Origin: an uncultured Acidobacteriota bacterium
GTDB taxonomy: Bacteria; Acidobacteriota; Polarisedimenticolia; Polarisedimenticolales; Polarisedimenticolaceae
Direction of reading: 5' to 3'
Assembly (NCBI GenBank): GCA_964654385.1
Contig: CAZZIV010000001.1
Span: 935-64,934 of the forward strand
Length of the DNA stretch: 64,000 nucleotides
In this document: positions 1 to 7,855 of the stretch, piece after piece
How positions within the stretch are numbered: position 1 is the stretch's first letter
How the letters are laid out: every line of letters starts with the position of its first letter
Position numbers and translations under genes: made by a program
The notes under the pieces: model-generated
What the model saw: only the letters and a program-made list of their open reading frames with translations
Databases searched by the model: none
What the model was told of the DNA's origin: nothing

Positions 1-42
1 CCTCCATGCGGCAGGTTTTGGCGGGAAACCGCTAGCCCGATC

Positions 43-71
43 TTGACATGGTCACGGGACGATCTTATCCA
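43..71 (+). promoter_or_regulatory. Candidate sigma-70-type promoter upstream of dnaK (weak)
   Basis: Perfect -35 TTGACA at 43-48, a 17-nt spacer, then a poor -10 TATCCA at 66-71. It lies ~80 nt upstream of the dnaK ATG. Eye prediction only. Confidence 0.25.
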
Positions 72-148
72 GGAACCGTCGGAAAACAATCACAAACCAG
101 GAGCCCGGGAGACGACGTTCCCAGGGTGACGGAGAGGGAGTCCACGAT

Positions 149-2065
149 ATGAGCAAGATCATCGGAATCGACTTGGGTACGACCAACTCGGTCGTGGCTG
201 TGATGGACGGCGGTAAGGCGACGGTCATCACCAACCCTGAAGGGAGCCGCACCACGCCTTCGGTTGTCGCGATTTCGGACAAGGATGAACGCCTGGTCGG
301 CCAGGTCGCCAAAAGGCAGGCGATCACCAACCCGGAAAACACCATCTATTCCACGAAGCGTTTCATCGGAAGAAAATTCACCGAGATCCAAAATGAATTG
401 AGCCGCATCCCTTACAAGGTGGAGGCGGCGGAAAACGGCGACGTGCGGATCGTGATCCAGGGGAAACAGTTTTCGCCCCAGGAGATTTCGGCCATGGTGC
501 TCCGCAAAATCAAGGAAGCGGCGGAAGCGCATCTTTCCGAACCGGTGACCGAGGCGGTCATCACCGTTCCGGCGTACTTCAACGACGCCCAGAGGCAGGC
601 CACCAAAGACGCCGGGAAGATCGCCGGCCTGGATGTGAAGCGGATCATCAACGAACCGACGGCGGCCGCGCTGGCATACGGTCTGGAAAACAAGAGCGAT
701 GAAACCATCGCCGTATTCGATTTCGGGGGAGGCACATTCGATATCTCCATTCTTGAGGTCAGCGAGGGGGTCGTTGAGGTGAAATCAACCAACGGCGATA
801 CCCAACTCGGCGGCGACGATATCGACCTGAGGGTGATCGACTGGATCGTCGAAGAGTTCCGGAAGGACCAGGGGATCGATCTTTCCCACGACAAGATGGC
901 CCTCCAGCGCCTGAAGGAAGCGGCGGAAAAGGCGAAATGCGAGCTGTCCACGGTCAGCGAGACCGAGATCAACCTCCCGTTCATCACTGCAGACGCCGGC
1001 GGACCCAAACATCTCCAGCTGAAGCTGAACAGGGCGAAGTTCGAACAGCTCATCGGGGATCTCCTGGACCGGACTCTGGCGCCGTGCAGGAAGGCCCTCA
1101 AGGACAGCGGACTCCAGGCGAGTGATATCGCCGAGGTGGTCCTGGTCGGCGGATCCATCCGGATCCCCAAAGTCCAGGAAATGGTGAAGGAATTCTTCGG
1201 AACCGAGCCCCACAAGGGGGTGAACCCGGATGAAGTCGTGGCGATCGGCGCCGCCATCCAGGGGGGAGTCCTGGCCGGAGACGTGAAGGATATCCTGCTC
1301 CTCGATGTGACGCCTCTCTCCCTGGGGATCGAGACCCAGGGAGGTGTTTTCCATAAGCTGATCGAAAGGAACACCACGATCCCCACCGAAAAGAGCGACA
1401 TTTTCTCCACCGCGGCGGACAATCAGACCAGCGTGGAAGTTCACGTAATGCAAGGCGAGAGGGAGATGGCCCGGGACAACAAGACCCTGGGGCGTTTCCA
1501 CCTGGATGGAATCCCCCAGGCGCCCAGGGGGATCCCTCAAATCGAGGTCACGTTCAGTATCGACGCAAACGGCATCGTTCATGTTTCCGCCAAGGATCTG
1601 GGAACCGGGAAAGAGCAGAAGATCACCATCACTTCCTCCTCCGGCCTGGATGAGAAAGAAGTGGAAAGGATGCTCAAGGAAGCCGAAGAGCACGCGGAAG
1701 AGGACCACAAGCTGAAAGAGAAGGTGGAAACCCGGAACAAGGCGGACCAGATGGTCTACCAGACGGAAGAGCTTCTCAAAGAGAACGGCGACAAGCTGCC
1801 GGACGCCGACAAGAAGCCCGTGGAGGATGCGGTGGCCGAGCTGAAGAGCGCCCTGGAAAAGGGAGACGACGATCGGATCCGGCGAGGCGTGGAAGACCTG
1901 GAAAAAGCGTCTCAGCAGATGGCCACGGTCCTGTATCAAAATTCGGCGCAGCAGGCGCAGGAAACGCCTCCTGCCGGGAGCGGTTCGGGAGGAGGCCCTT
2001 CCGAAGATGCCGACGAGGTGATCGAAGCGGAAGTCGTCGACCCCGGGAGCGAGAAAAACAACTGA
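149..2065 (+). CDS. dnaK: Molecular chaperone DnaK (Hsp70)
   Basis: 638-aa ORF with Hsp70 signatures [18 protein letters not shown] and [13 protein letters not shown], plus an acidic C-terminal tail. SD-like GAGGGAG lies just upstream of the ATG. Confidence 0.98.
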   Translation: MSKIIGIDLGTTNSVVAVMDGGKATVITNPEGSRTTPSVVAISDKDERLVGQVAKRQAITNPENTIYSTKRFIGRKFTEIQNELSRIPYKVEAAENGDVRIVIQGKQFSPQEISAMVLRKIKEAAEAHLSEPVTEAVITVPAYFNDAQRQATKDAGKIAGLDVKRIINEPTAAALAYGLENKSDETIAVFDFGGGTFDISILEVSEGVVEVKSTNGDTQLGGDDIDLRVIDWIVEEFRKDQGIDLSHDKMALQRLKEAAEKAKCELSTVSETEINLPFITADAGGPKHLQLKLNRAKFEQLIGDLLDRTLAPCRKALKDSGLQASDIAEVVLVGGSIRIPKVQEMVKEFFGTEPHKGVNPDEVVAIGAAIQGGVLAGDVKDILLLDVTPLSLGIETQGGVFHKLIERNTTIPTEKSDIFSTAADNQTSVEVHVMQGEREMARDNKTLGRFHLDGIPQAPRGIPQIEVTFSIDANGIVHVSAKDLGTGKEQKITITSSSGLDEKEVERMLKEAEEHAEEDHKLKEKVETRNKADQMVYQTEELLKENGDKLPDADKKPVEDAVAELKSALEKGDDDRIRRGVEDLEKASQQMATVLYQNSAQQAQETPPAGSGSGGGPSEDADEVIEAEVVDPGSEKNN

Positions 2066-2095
2066 TCCGTTCCGGTCTCCGGGGCGATATACTGA

Positions 2096-2120
2096 GGGCG
2101 GGACCGAGTCCCGCCCTTTT
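2096..2120 (+). terminator. Rho-independent terminator after dnaK
   Basis: Perfect 8-bp GC-rich stem GGGCGGGA (2096-2103) / TCCCGCCC (2109-2116) with a 5-nt loop, followed by TTTT (2117-2120). It starts 31 nt after the dnaK stop. Confidence 0.7.
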
Positions 2121-2139
2121 CCGATGTACGGGGGACGCC

Positions 2140-2595
2140 ATGCCGCTTTCACAAGACCGGGATCCGATGAACGATCTTCTTTCGGTTCAGAAACAGATGA
2201 ACGAACTGTTCGAGAATGCCCTGGCGAAGGTCGGGTTCGAGCCGGAGGCGGGCGTCGGCTCCTGGACGCCGGTGGCGGACGTTTTGGACGAGCCGGGCAA
2301 GCGTCTTTTCTTTCTGGAGATCCCTGGCATTTCACAAGAGGACATCAGCGTCCGGATCGACGGAGACGAACTGATCGTGGAAGGGGACCGGAAGATGGAA
2401 CGGGGCCAGCCGGGAGAACAGTATCACCGGGTGGAAAGGTCGTACGGAAAATTCACCCGGCGATTCCGGCTGCCCTCCAGCGTGGAACGGGGCTCGGTCA
2501 AGGCGAAGTACGGAAACGGCGTTCTGATGATCACGCTCGAGAAGAGGAGCGAAGCCGAGCCGGAGCGTTTCCGTGTCAAGATCGAGGCTCCGTGA
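2140..2595 (+). CDS. Small heat-shock protein, Hsp20/alpha-crystallin family
   Basis: 151-aa ORF with the alpha-crystallin domain pattern (SWTPVADVLDE, FFLEIPGISQEDISVRIDGDELIVEGDRK, GVLMITLEKR). Sits directly after dnaK. Confidence 0.93.
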   Translation: MPLSQDRDPMNDLLSVQKQMNELFENALAKVGFEPEAGVGSWTPVADVLDEPGKRLFFLEIPGISQEDISVRIDGDELIVEGDRKMERGQPGEQYHRVERSYGKFTRRFRLPSSVERGSVKAKYGNGVLMITLEKRSEAEPERFRVKIEAP

Positions 2596-2619
2596 CCTCT
2601 CCGGTCCGCATGGTATACT
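2592..2619 (+). promoter_or_regulatory. Candidate extended -10 promoter for the sigma-factor gene
   Basis: -35-like GTGACC (2592-2597, overlapping the hsp20 stop), 16-nt spacer, TG at 2611-2612, and -10 TATACT at 2614-2619. About 30 nt upstream of the ATG at 2650. Eye prediction only. Confidence 0.4.
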
Positions 2620-2649
2620 TCCTCGGTCTGGAAACCGGACGGGAGACGG

Positions 2650-3516
2650 ATGCAAGAGCAGCAAAAAACAACCAAGGAACGTGCAGGCGCAGGCTCGGAA
2701 TCCCTCAAGAAATACCTGAAGGAGATCTCCCGGCTGCCTCGAGTAACCCCCGACGAGGAAAAGCGCCTGGGACGCCGCATCATGAAGGGCGATACGGAAG
2801 CGTTGACTACGCTGGTTGAAGCCAATCTTCGCTTCGTGGTTTCCTACGCCAAACGCTACCGCGGATGCGGTCTTTCCTTCCTGGACTTGATCAACGAGGG
2901 AAACATCGGTTTGATCGAAGCGGCAAAACGTTTCGATCCGGGCAAGAAGGTGAAGTTCATCACCTACGCCGTCTGGTGGGTGAGGCAGGCGATCATTCAC
3001 GCCCTCTCTAACCAGAGCGGTGCCTTCCGGCTCCCTCAGAAACAGGCGAACCTTCTGTACAGGATCGGGAAGGCCCAGGCAACCCTTCGGACGGAACTGC
3101 GGAGGGCGCCTTCCACCGAGGAAATCGCGGAGATGATGGACGTTACCGTCAGCGAAGTCACCCATCTGCTATTGGTTTCCGATGAGAACATCTCCCTGTC
3201 CGCCGTGATCGATGAAGAGCACGATTTTCACCTGTCCGACAAAATCGAACAGGAAACCATCCCGTCCGCCGACCTGCTTCTCCTGAAAAGTTCGCTGAAG
3301 GTTCTGCTCAGGAAGGCGCTCGGAGATCTCGATGTGAAAGAAGAAAAGGTTCTGCGTCTTCGATTCGGGCTGGACGGCGTCGATCCGAAAACCTTGAAGG
3401 AGATCGGGGAGATGATGAACCTTTCCAGGGAGAGGATCCGTCAAATTGAAGCCCAGGCCCTGGAGAAGTTGAACCGCTCCCAGAAGTGCCAGCAGCTTCG
3501 CGGCTACCTGAACTGA
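2650..3516 (+). CDS. RNA polymerase sigma factor, sigma-70 family (RpoD/RpoS-like, lacking region 1.1)
   Basis: 288-aa ORF with region 2 (FLDLINEGNIGLIEAAKRFDP, KFITYAVWWVRQAI) and a region 4.2 HTH (TLKEIGEMMNLSRERIRQIEAQALEKL). No RpoH-box-like motif seen. Confidence 0.93.
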   Translation: MQEQQKTTKERAGAGSESLKKYLKEISRLPRVTPDEEKRLGRRIMKGDTEALTTLVEANLRFVVSYAKRYRGCGLSFLDLINEGNIGLIEAAKRFDPGKKVKFITYAVWWVRQAIIHALSNQSGAFRLPQKQANLLYRIGKAQATLRTELRRAPSTEEIAEMMDVTVSEVTHLLLVSDENISLSAVIDEEHDFHLSDKIEQETIPSADLLLLKSSLKVLLRKALGDLDVKEEKVLRLRFGLDGVDPKTLKEIGEMMNLSRERIRQIEAQALEKLNRSQKCQQLRGYLN

Positions 3517-3546
3517 GTCGAGCCGCAGGCTCTCGGAGTCCAGGAG

Positions 3547-4296
3547 ATGACGACCGATTGCCCAGAGTGCGGGGGGACAGGATTTCGGATCCTGACCGCC
3601 GAAAACGGAGCCACATCCGCGGCCCGCTGTCTATGCAGTTACCGGGAATTGGCGAAGGAGGCGGTGCAGGCGGCCGGGATTCCCCGGCGTTATGAACACT
3701 GCCGGTTTGAGACCTTCGAATCCCACAGGAAAAGCCACCAGGAGGCGCTCGAGATCGCGCGGGACTGGGTGGAGCGCTGGCCCGACCTGGAATATGGTCA
3801 CTCCCTCCTGCTGGCCGGGCCGCCCGGGAGAGGGAAAACCCACCTGGCGGTGGCGATTCTCCGGCACCTTGCAGATGAAAAGGGCGCCCGTGTTCGGTTC
3901 TGGGAACAGCGCGCCCTGCTGAAAAAACTTCAGGGGACCTTCGATTCGGGCTCCGCCGTGAGCGAGGCCCAGATTCTCGGGCCGGTCCATGAGGCGGATC
4001 TCCTGGTCCTGGATGATCTGGGCGCCGGAAGAACTTCCGAGTGGGCCCGAGACGTCCTGCACGAAATCATCACCTACAGGTACGACAACAGAAAATCATT
4101 GATTTTGACCACCAACTGTCCCCTGGGAGAAGAAGAGGATGAGCCGGAAACCGGTGGGGTTCTCCGGAATCTCACACTGAGACAACGGCTCGGCGACGCC
4201 CTCATGTCCAGGCTATACGAGATGTGCCGTTTCGTGCGCCTGGAAGGGGATGATTATCGGAAGGATGTCCTGAACGCGCGAATCAAGAGAATCTAG
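3547..4296 (+). CDS. DnaC/DnaI-like AAA+ ATPase (putative helicase loader) with N-terminal zinc-ribbon-like motif
   Basis: 249-aa ORF with an N-terminal CPECGGTG...CLC cysteine cluster and the IPRRYEHCRFETF motif typical of DnaC/DnaI/IstB proteins. Walker A is GPPGRGKTH and Walker B is LLVLDDLG. SD AGGAG lies before the ATG. No IstA transposase is adjacent. Confidence 0.8.
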   Translation: MTTDCPECGGTGFRILTAENGATSAARCLCSYRELAKEAVQAAGIPRRYEHCRFETFESHRKSHQEALEIARDWVERWPDLEYGHSLLLAGPPGRGKTHLAVAILRHLADEKGARVRFWEQRALLKKLQGTFDSGSAVSEAQILGPVHEADLLVLDDLGAGRTSEWARDVLHEIITYRYDNRKSLILTTNCPLGEEEDEPETGGVLRNLTLRQRLGDALMSRLYEMCRFVRLEGDDYRKDVLNARIKRI

Positions 4297-4307
4297 GAGA
4301 AATCATC

Positions 4308-5099
4308 ATGGAATCCGAATCCGCCACCCTCGTTGAGTCTACCGTGGAATCCGGCGCCGCGTGGTTGACGATCCACCGGCGGGAAAAGCTGAACGCCCTG
4401 AACCGGCGAACCGTCGAGGCGATCGTCCGGCATGCCGAATCGGCGCTGGAAAATCCCGGGGTCAAGGTTCTCGTATTGACCGGGTCCGGCGAAAAGGCGT
4501 TCGCGGCAGGCGCCGACATCGGTGAAATGGCGGCCTTCGACGCCCGGGAAGGGCAGGAGTACGCCCGCTTCCTGCAGAAAAGTTTCGATGTCCTGGAACG
4601 ATCCCCCAAGCCGGTGATCGCTTCGGTGAACGGGTTCGCGCTCGGAGGCGGCTGTGAATTGGCCATGGCGTGCCACCTTCGGATCGCCTCGGAATCCGCC
4701 CGGTTCGGGCAACCGGAAGTGAACCTGGGCCTGATTCCCGGCGCCGGCGGCACCCAGCGGCTGCAACGTCTGGTCGGACGCGGACGGGCCCTGGACCTGA
4801 TTCTCTCCGGTCGGATGATTTCCGCCGAGGAAGCTCTCCGGATCGGCCTGGTCGATCGTGTGGTCCCTGGAGAGGAACTGAGAAACCGTACCCGGGAATG
4901 GGCCGCAGAATTGGCCGAGAAGAGCCCGATGGCGATCTTGAGGGCGATCCAGGCAGTGGTTTCCGGCGGAGACCTGGCCCAAGAAGAGGCGATGAGGCTG
5001 GAGGCGGCCTTGTTCGGGCTTTCCTTCGCCACGGCCGACATGAAAGAAGGCACCGCGGCTTTCCTTGAGAAGCGGAAGCCGGACTTCCCGGGAAACTGA
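4308..5099 (+). CDS. Enoyl-CoA hydratase/isomerase (crotonase family)
   Basis: 263-aa ORF with crotonase signatures VLTGSGEKAFAAGADI, NGFALGGGCELAMACHLRIA and GQPEVNLGLIPGAGGTQRL. SD AGGAGA lies upstream. Confidence 0.93.
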   Translation: MESESATLVESTVESGAAWLTIHRREKLNALNRRTVEAIVRHAESALENPGVKVLVLTGSGEKAFAAGADIGEMAAFDAREGQEYARFLQKSFDVLERSPKPVIASVNGFALGGGCELAMACHLRIASESARFGQPEVNLGLIPGAGGTQRLQRLVGRGRALDLILSGRMISAEEALRIGLVDRVVPGEELRNRTREWAAELAEKSPMAILRAIQAVVSGGDLAQEEAMRLEAALFGLSFATADMKEGTAAFLEKRKPDFPGN

Positions 5100-5103
5100 C
5101 GGA

Positions 5104-7098
5104 ATGAAAAGGCTGCGGTTTTTCCGCATCCTGTTGCCCGCCTTGTTGATCCCCTTCCTGGTGATGGTCGGCTTTCAGCTGCGTCAGCGTGCCAAGCCCT
5201 GGTCTCCTCCCGGCACCCGGCCGGTGGAAGGAAACAGCGCCACCGGCATTCACGCCGTCGACCTGGACGGACCGGAAAAACGGTTCGACCTGAACGCGGA
5301 ATCGTATACGGACACCCGGGACGGGAAGCAGCGCGTGAAGGGGATCGATCCGCTCATTGTCTTTAGGGACAGCGCGCCGCCCCTGAAAATCACCGCCGAA
5401 TGGGGAGACTTCCAGGGTGAAAAGCCCGGGGAGCGATTCCTTACCGTCGAAGGAGGCATTCGTATCGCAGACGAGGAGTCCGGTCTTTCGCTTTCGCTGC
5501 AGGTCCTCGAGATCGAAGAGGCGGTCAACGAGGCGAGGTCGGTGGGCGAAGTTCACTTTCGCGCCCCCGGTTACCGGGGAACCGCCGACGCGGTGATCTA
5601 TCCTCTGGACAATCGTCCTCCATGGTTCCAGAGGATCCGTCTCGCCGGCGATGACGGCTCCAGCCTGGAAGCGGCCCGCATGACCCTCGTCGACGGCAGT
5701 CGGGAGGTCCTCCTCCAGGGCGGCGTTCGCCTGGAGGGCGCCAAGGCCGAATTTCAGGGGGAATCACTCCGTCTTTTCCGGGACGAAGACGGGACGATAC
5801 GAAAGGTCCTCGGATCGGAAGGGGTGAGCGGAACCGCTCGCCTGGACAGGGAGGCGGCTCGGTTCCTGGCGGAAGCGCTGGAAATTCGCCTGGATCCCGG
5901 AGGGGAGATGAGATCGGTCCGGCTGGACCGCAACGCCACCCTCCAGCGAGGGGAGGAGGCTCTGGCCGCCCGCATGATACGCCTGGAACGGAACTCGGAT
6001 CCTTCCGATCCGGCGGCAATCTGGCGATTCCAGGCCGCGGGCGGAGTCTTCGCCAAGGGCCTGCTGGAGCAGGCCCCCGCCACCTTGCAGGCCTCCCGGA
6101 TGACCGGAACCTTGAATGAGGACGGAAGGCTGCTCCGAGCCGAGGCGGAAGGCTCCCTCCGTTTCACCGGCCCTGATTCGCTGGCGGAAGCCGACCGGGC
6201 CGAGGTCGTCCTCCACGGAGCCCGCTACCGGATCCTCCTGCATTCCTCTCCCGCTCTCCGCGCCCGGATCGCCGACGAGCAATACCGCGTGGCGGCCCGG
6301 ACCCTGGAGTTGATCTCCGGCACCGAGTACCTGGCTGGCCAGGGGAGGGTGGAGGCGACGCTCCTGTCTGCCGGGAACGATCGCGACCTCCGGTCGGGGG
6401 GAAAGGAGGGGATGTTCGGAACAGGGGAGGCGGTTCATTTCGTCGCCGAGTCCATGGAAAGCAGCCTGGACGGCAACCAGATCGTCTTTCGGCAGGCGGT
6501 TCGGGGATGGCAGGGTGAACGGACCCTCTCGGCGGACACGGTAACGCTCCGGAAGGAGACAGGCGATCTTCTGGCCGAGGGGAAGGTCGGGTTCCGCATT
6601 CCTCTGAAGCGCACCGATTCCCTGGTGGACGCCGACTTCGGCTATGTCACTGGAGATCATTTGGTGTATACAGGGGAAACGCGCATCGCCTTCTGGACCG
6701 GGAGTATCCACGTCCGCCAGGATGAGGGCTGGATGGAGGCGGACCGCCTGAAGGCGGACCTCTCAGGAGAATCGGGCGGTTTGCGTCGTCTGCACGCCGA
6801 AGGAAATGTGCGGTTGGAATACCGGGTCCGATCGGAAAAGGGTATTCCCGAACCGGTGCAGGGGGACTCCGACAGGGCCGATTACGATCCGGCCACGCGG
6901 ATCGTTCGCCTTTTCGGAGATCAAAAACAGGCAACGCTCAGGAAATCCGGAAAGGACGCTCTCACCCTCGCCGGCCGTATCTTGCGATACCATCTGGAGA
7001 ACGGCGCCATCGAAGTTGAAAAGGGAGTGTCCGGCACCTCCACCATTCGGACCTCGGGAAGAGATGAGAAAGGGAGCCATGACCGATCGGGCGACTGA
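5104..7098 (+). CDS. Membrane-anchored LptC/LptA (OstA)-like periplasmic LPS-transport protein, unusually long
   Basis: 664 aa from the ATG at 5104 (MKRLRFFRILLPALLIPFLVMVGF is a single N-terminal TM helix). The rest is beta-rich with recurring LptA/OstA-like segments, e.g. GDHLVYTGETRIAFWTGSIHVRQDEGWMEADRLKADL and SDRADYDPATRIVRLFGDQKQATLRKSG...LAGRILRYHLENGAIEV. Its 3' end overlaps the lptB start, the position where lptC-lptA normally sit. Confidence 0.65.
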   Translation: MKRLRFFRILLPALLIPFLVMVGFQLRQRAKPWSPPGTRPVEGNSATGIHAVDLDGPEKRFDLNAESYTDTRDGKQRVKGIDPLIVFRDSAPPLKITAEWGDFQGEKPGERFLTVEGGIRIADEESGLSLSLQVLEIEEAVNEARSVGEVHFRAPGYRGTADAVIYPLDNRPPWFQRIRLAGDDGSSLEAARMTLVDGSREVLLQGGVRLEGAKAEFQGESLRLFRDEDGTIRKVLGSEGVSGTARLDREAARFLAEALEIRLDPGGEMRSVRLDRNATLQRGEEALAARMIRLERNSDPSDPAAIWRFQAAGGVFAKGLLEQAPATLQASRMTGTLNEDGRLLRAEAEGSLRFTGPDSLAEADRAEVVLHGARYRILLHSSPALRARIADEQYRVAARTLELISGTEYLAGQGRVEATLLSAGNDRDLRSGGKEGMFGTGEAVHFVAESMESSLDGNQIVFRQAVRGWQGERTLSADTVTLRKETGDLLAEGKVGFRIPLKRTDSLVDADFGYVTGDHLVYTGETRIAFWTGSIHVRQDEGWMEADRLKADLSGESGGLRRLHAEGNVRLEYRVRSEKGIPEPVQGDSDRADYDPATRIVRLFGDQKQATLRKSGKDALTLAGRILRYHLENGAIEVEKGVSGTSTIRTSGRDEKGSHDRSGD

Positions 7099-7843
7099 CG
7101 GAATACCCGGGGAGCAGGAGGAAGGTCTCCGCGCCGTCGGGCTGGTCAAGAGTTTCCAGGGACGCACCGTTGTGAACGGAGTCTCGCTCTCCATCCACCC
7201 CGGTGAGGTGGTCGGCCTGCTCGGTCCGAACGGCGCCGGAAAGACGACTTCGTTCCATCTCATTCTGGGCCTTCTCCCTCCCAGCAAGGGGAAGGTCTAC
7301 CTGGACGGCAGGAACATCACCGATCTTCCGATGTATCTTCGGGCCCGGCACGGGATCGGGTACCTCCCACAGGAGGCTTCGATCTTCCGCCGAATGAGCG
7401 TCGGGGAGAATATCCTGGCGGTGCTCGAACTGCGGGGCGTCCCTGTGCAGGACGCGAAGGAACAGTGCGACAACCTTCTGCGCGAGTTCGGCCTGGAGCA
7501 CCTGGCAGGCTCTCCAGGGTACGCGCTCTCAGGCGGGGAGCGTCGACGGGCCGAAATCGCCCGGGCTCTGGCCTCCAATCCCAGGCATATGCTCCTGGAT
7601 GAACCGTTCGCCGGGATCGATCCGATCGCCGTCGCGGACCTGCAGAAAATCGTGGTCCGCCTGAAGGAAAAAGGTCTCGGCGTCCTGATCACCGACCACA
7701 ATGTCAGGGAAACTTTACAGATCACGGATCGCGCCTATATTATTAGCCAGGGGAGGATTTTCAGGCACGGAACCCCCTCGGAACTGGCCTCGGACGCCGA
7801 GGTTCGCCGGGTGTACCTCGGGGATAACTTCCGGTTGCATTAG
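7079..7843 (+). CDS. lptB: LPS export ABC transporter ATP-binding protein LptB
   Basis: 254 aa from the ATG at 7079. The longer upstream ORF extension is R/P-rich and overlaps the previous gene. Walker A GPNGAGKTT, signature LSGGERRR, Walker B MLLDEPFAGIDP. Canonical position upstream of rpoN. Confidence 0.93.
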   Translation: MTDRATDGIPGEQEEGLRAVGLVKSFQGRTVVNGVSLSIHPGEVVGLLGPNGAGKTTSFHLILGLLPPSKGKVYLDGRNITDLPMYLRARHGIGYLPQEASIFRRMSVGENILAVLELRGVPVQDAKEQCDNLLREFGLEHLAGSPGYALSGGERRRAEIARALASNPRHMLLDEPFAGIDPIAVADLQKIVVRLKEKGLGVLITDHNVRETLQITDRAYIISQGRIFRHGTPSELASDAEVRRVYLGDNFRLH

Positions 7844-7855
7844 GACGAAACACGG

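Noticed and set aside
785-2335. A 516-aa ORF antisense to dnaK, with many similar long antisense or out-of-frame ORFs. Examples are 7862-9352(-), 14785-16233(-), 28258-29775(-), 32487-34169(-), 34566-36248(-), 42055-44205(+), 48950-51055(+), 53491-55212(+) and 57758-59527(+).
   Set aside because: All lie opposite or out of frame to genes with unmistakable conserved motifs. Their products are R/G/P/H-rich with no recognisable domains. Stop-poor alternative frames are expected in GC-rich DNA.
2650-3516. The sigma factor next to dnaK/hsp20 as RpoH (sigma-32).
   Set aside because: No RpoH-box-like sequence is present. Region 2.4-3.0 resembles RpoD/RpoS-type factors, so I left it as a generic sigma-70-family call.
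3547-4296. An IstB-like ATPase as part of an IS21-family mobile element.
   Set aside because: No IstA transposase ORF, terminal inverted repeats or target duplications flank it. The gene is packed between core genes with normal spacing and an SD, so I treated it as a DnaC/DnaI-type loader instead.
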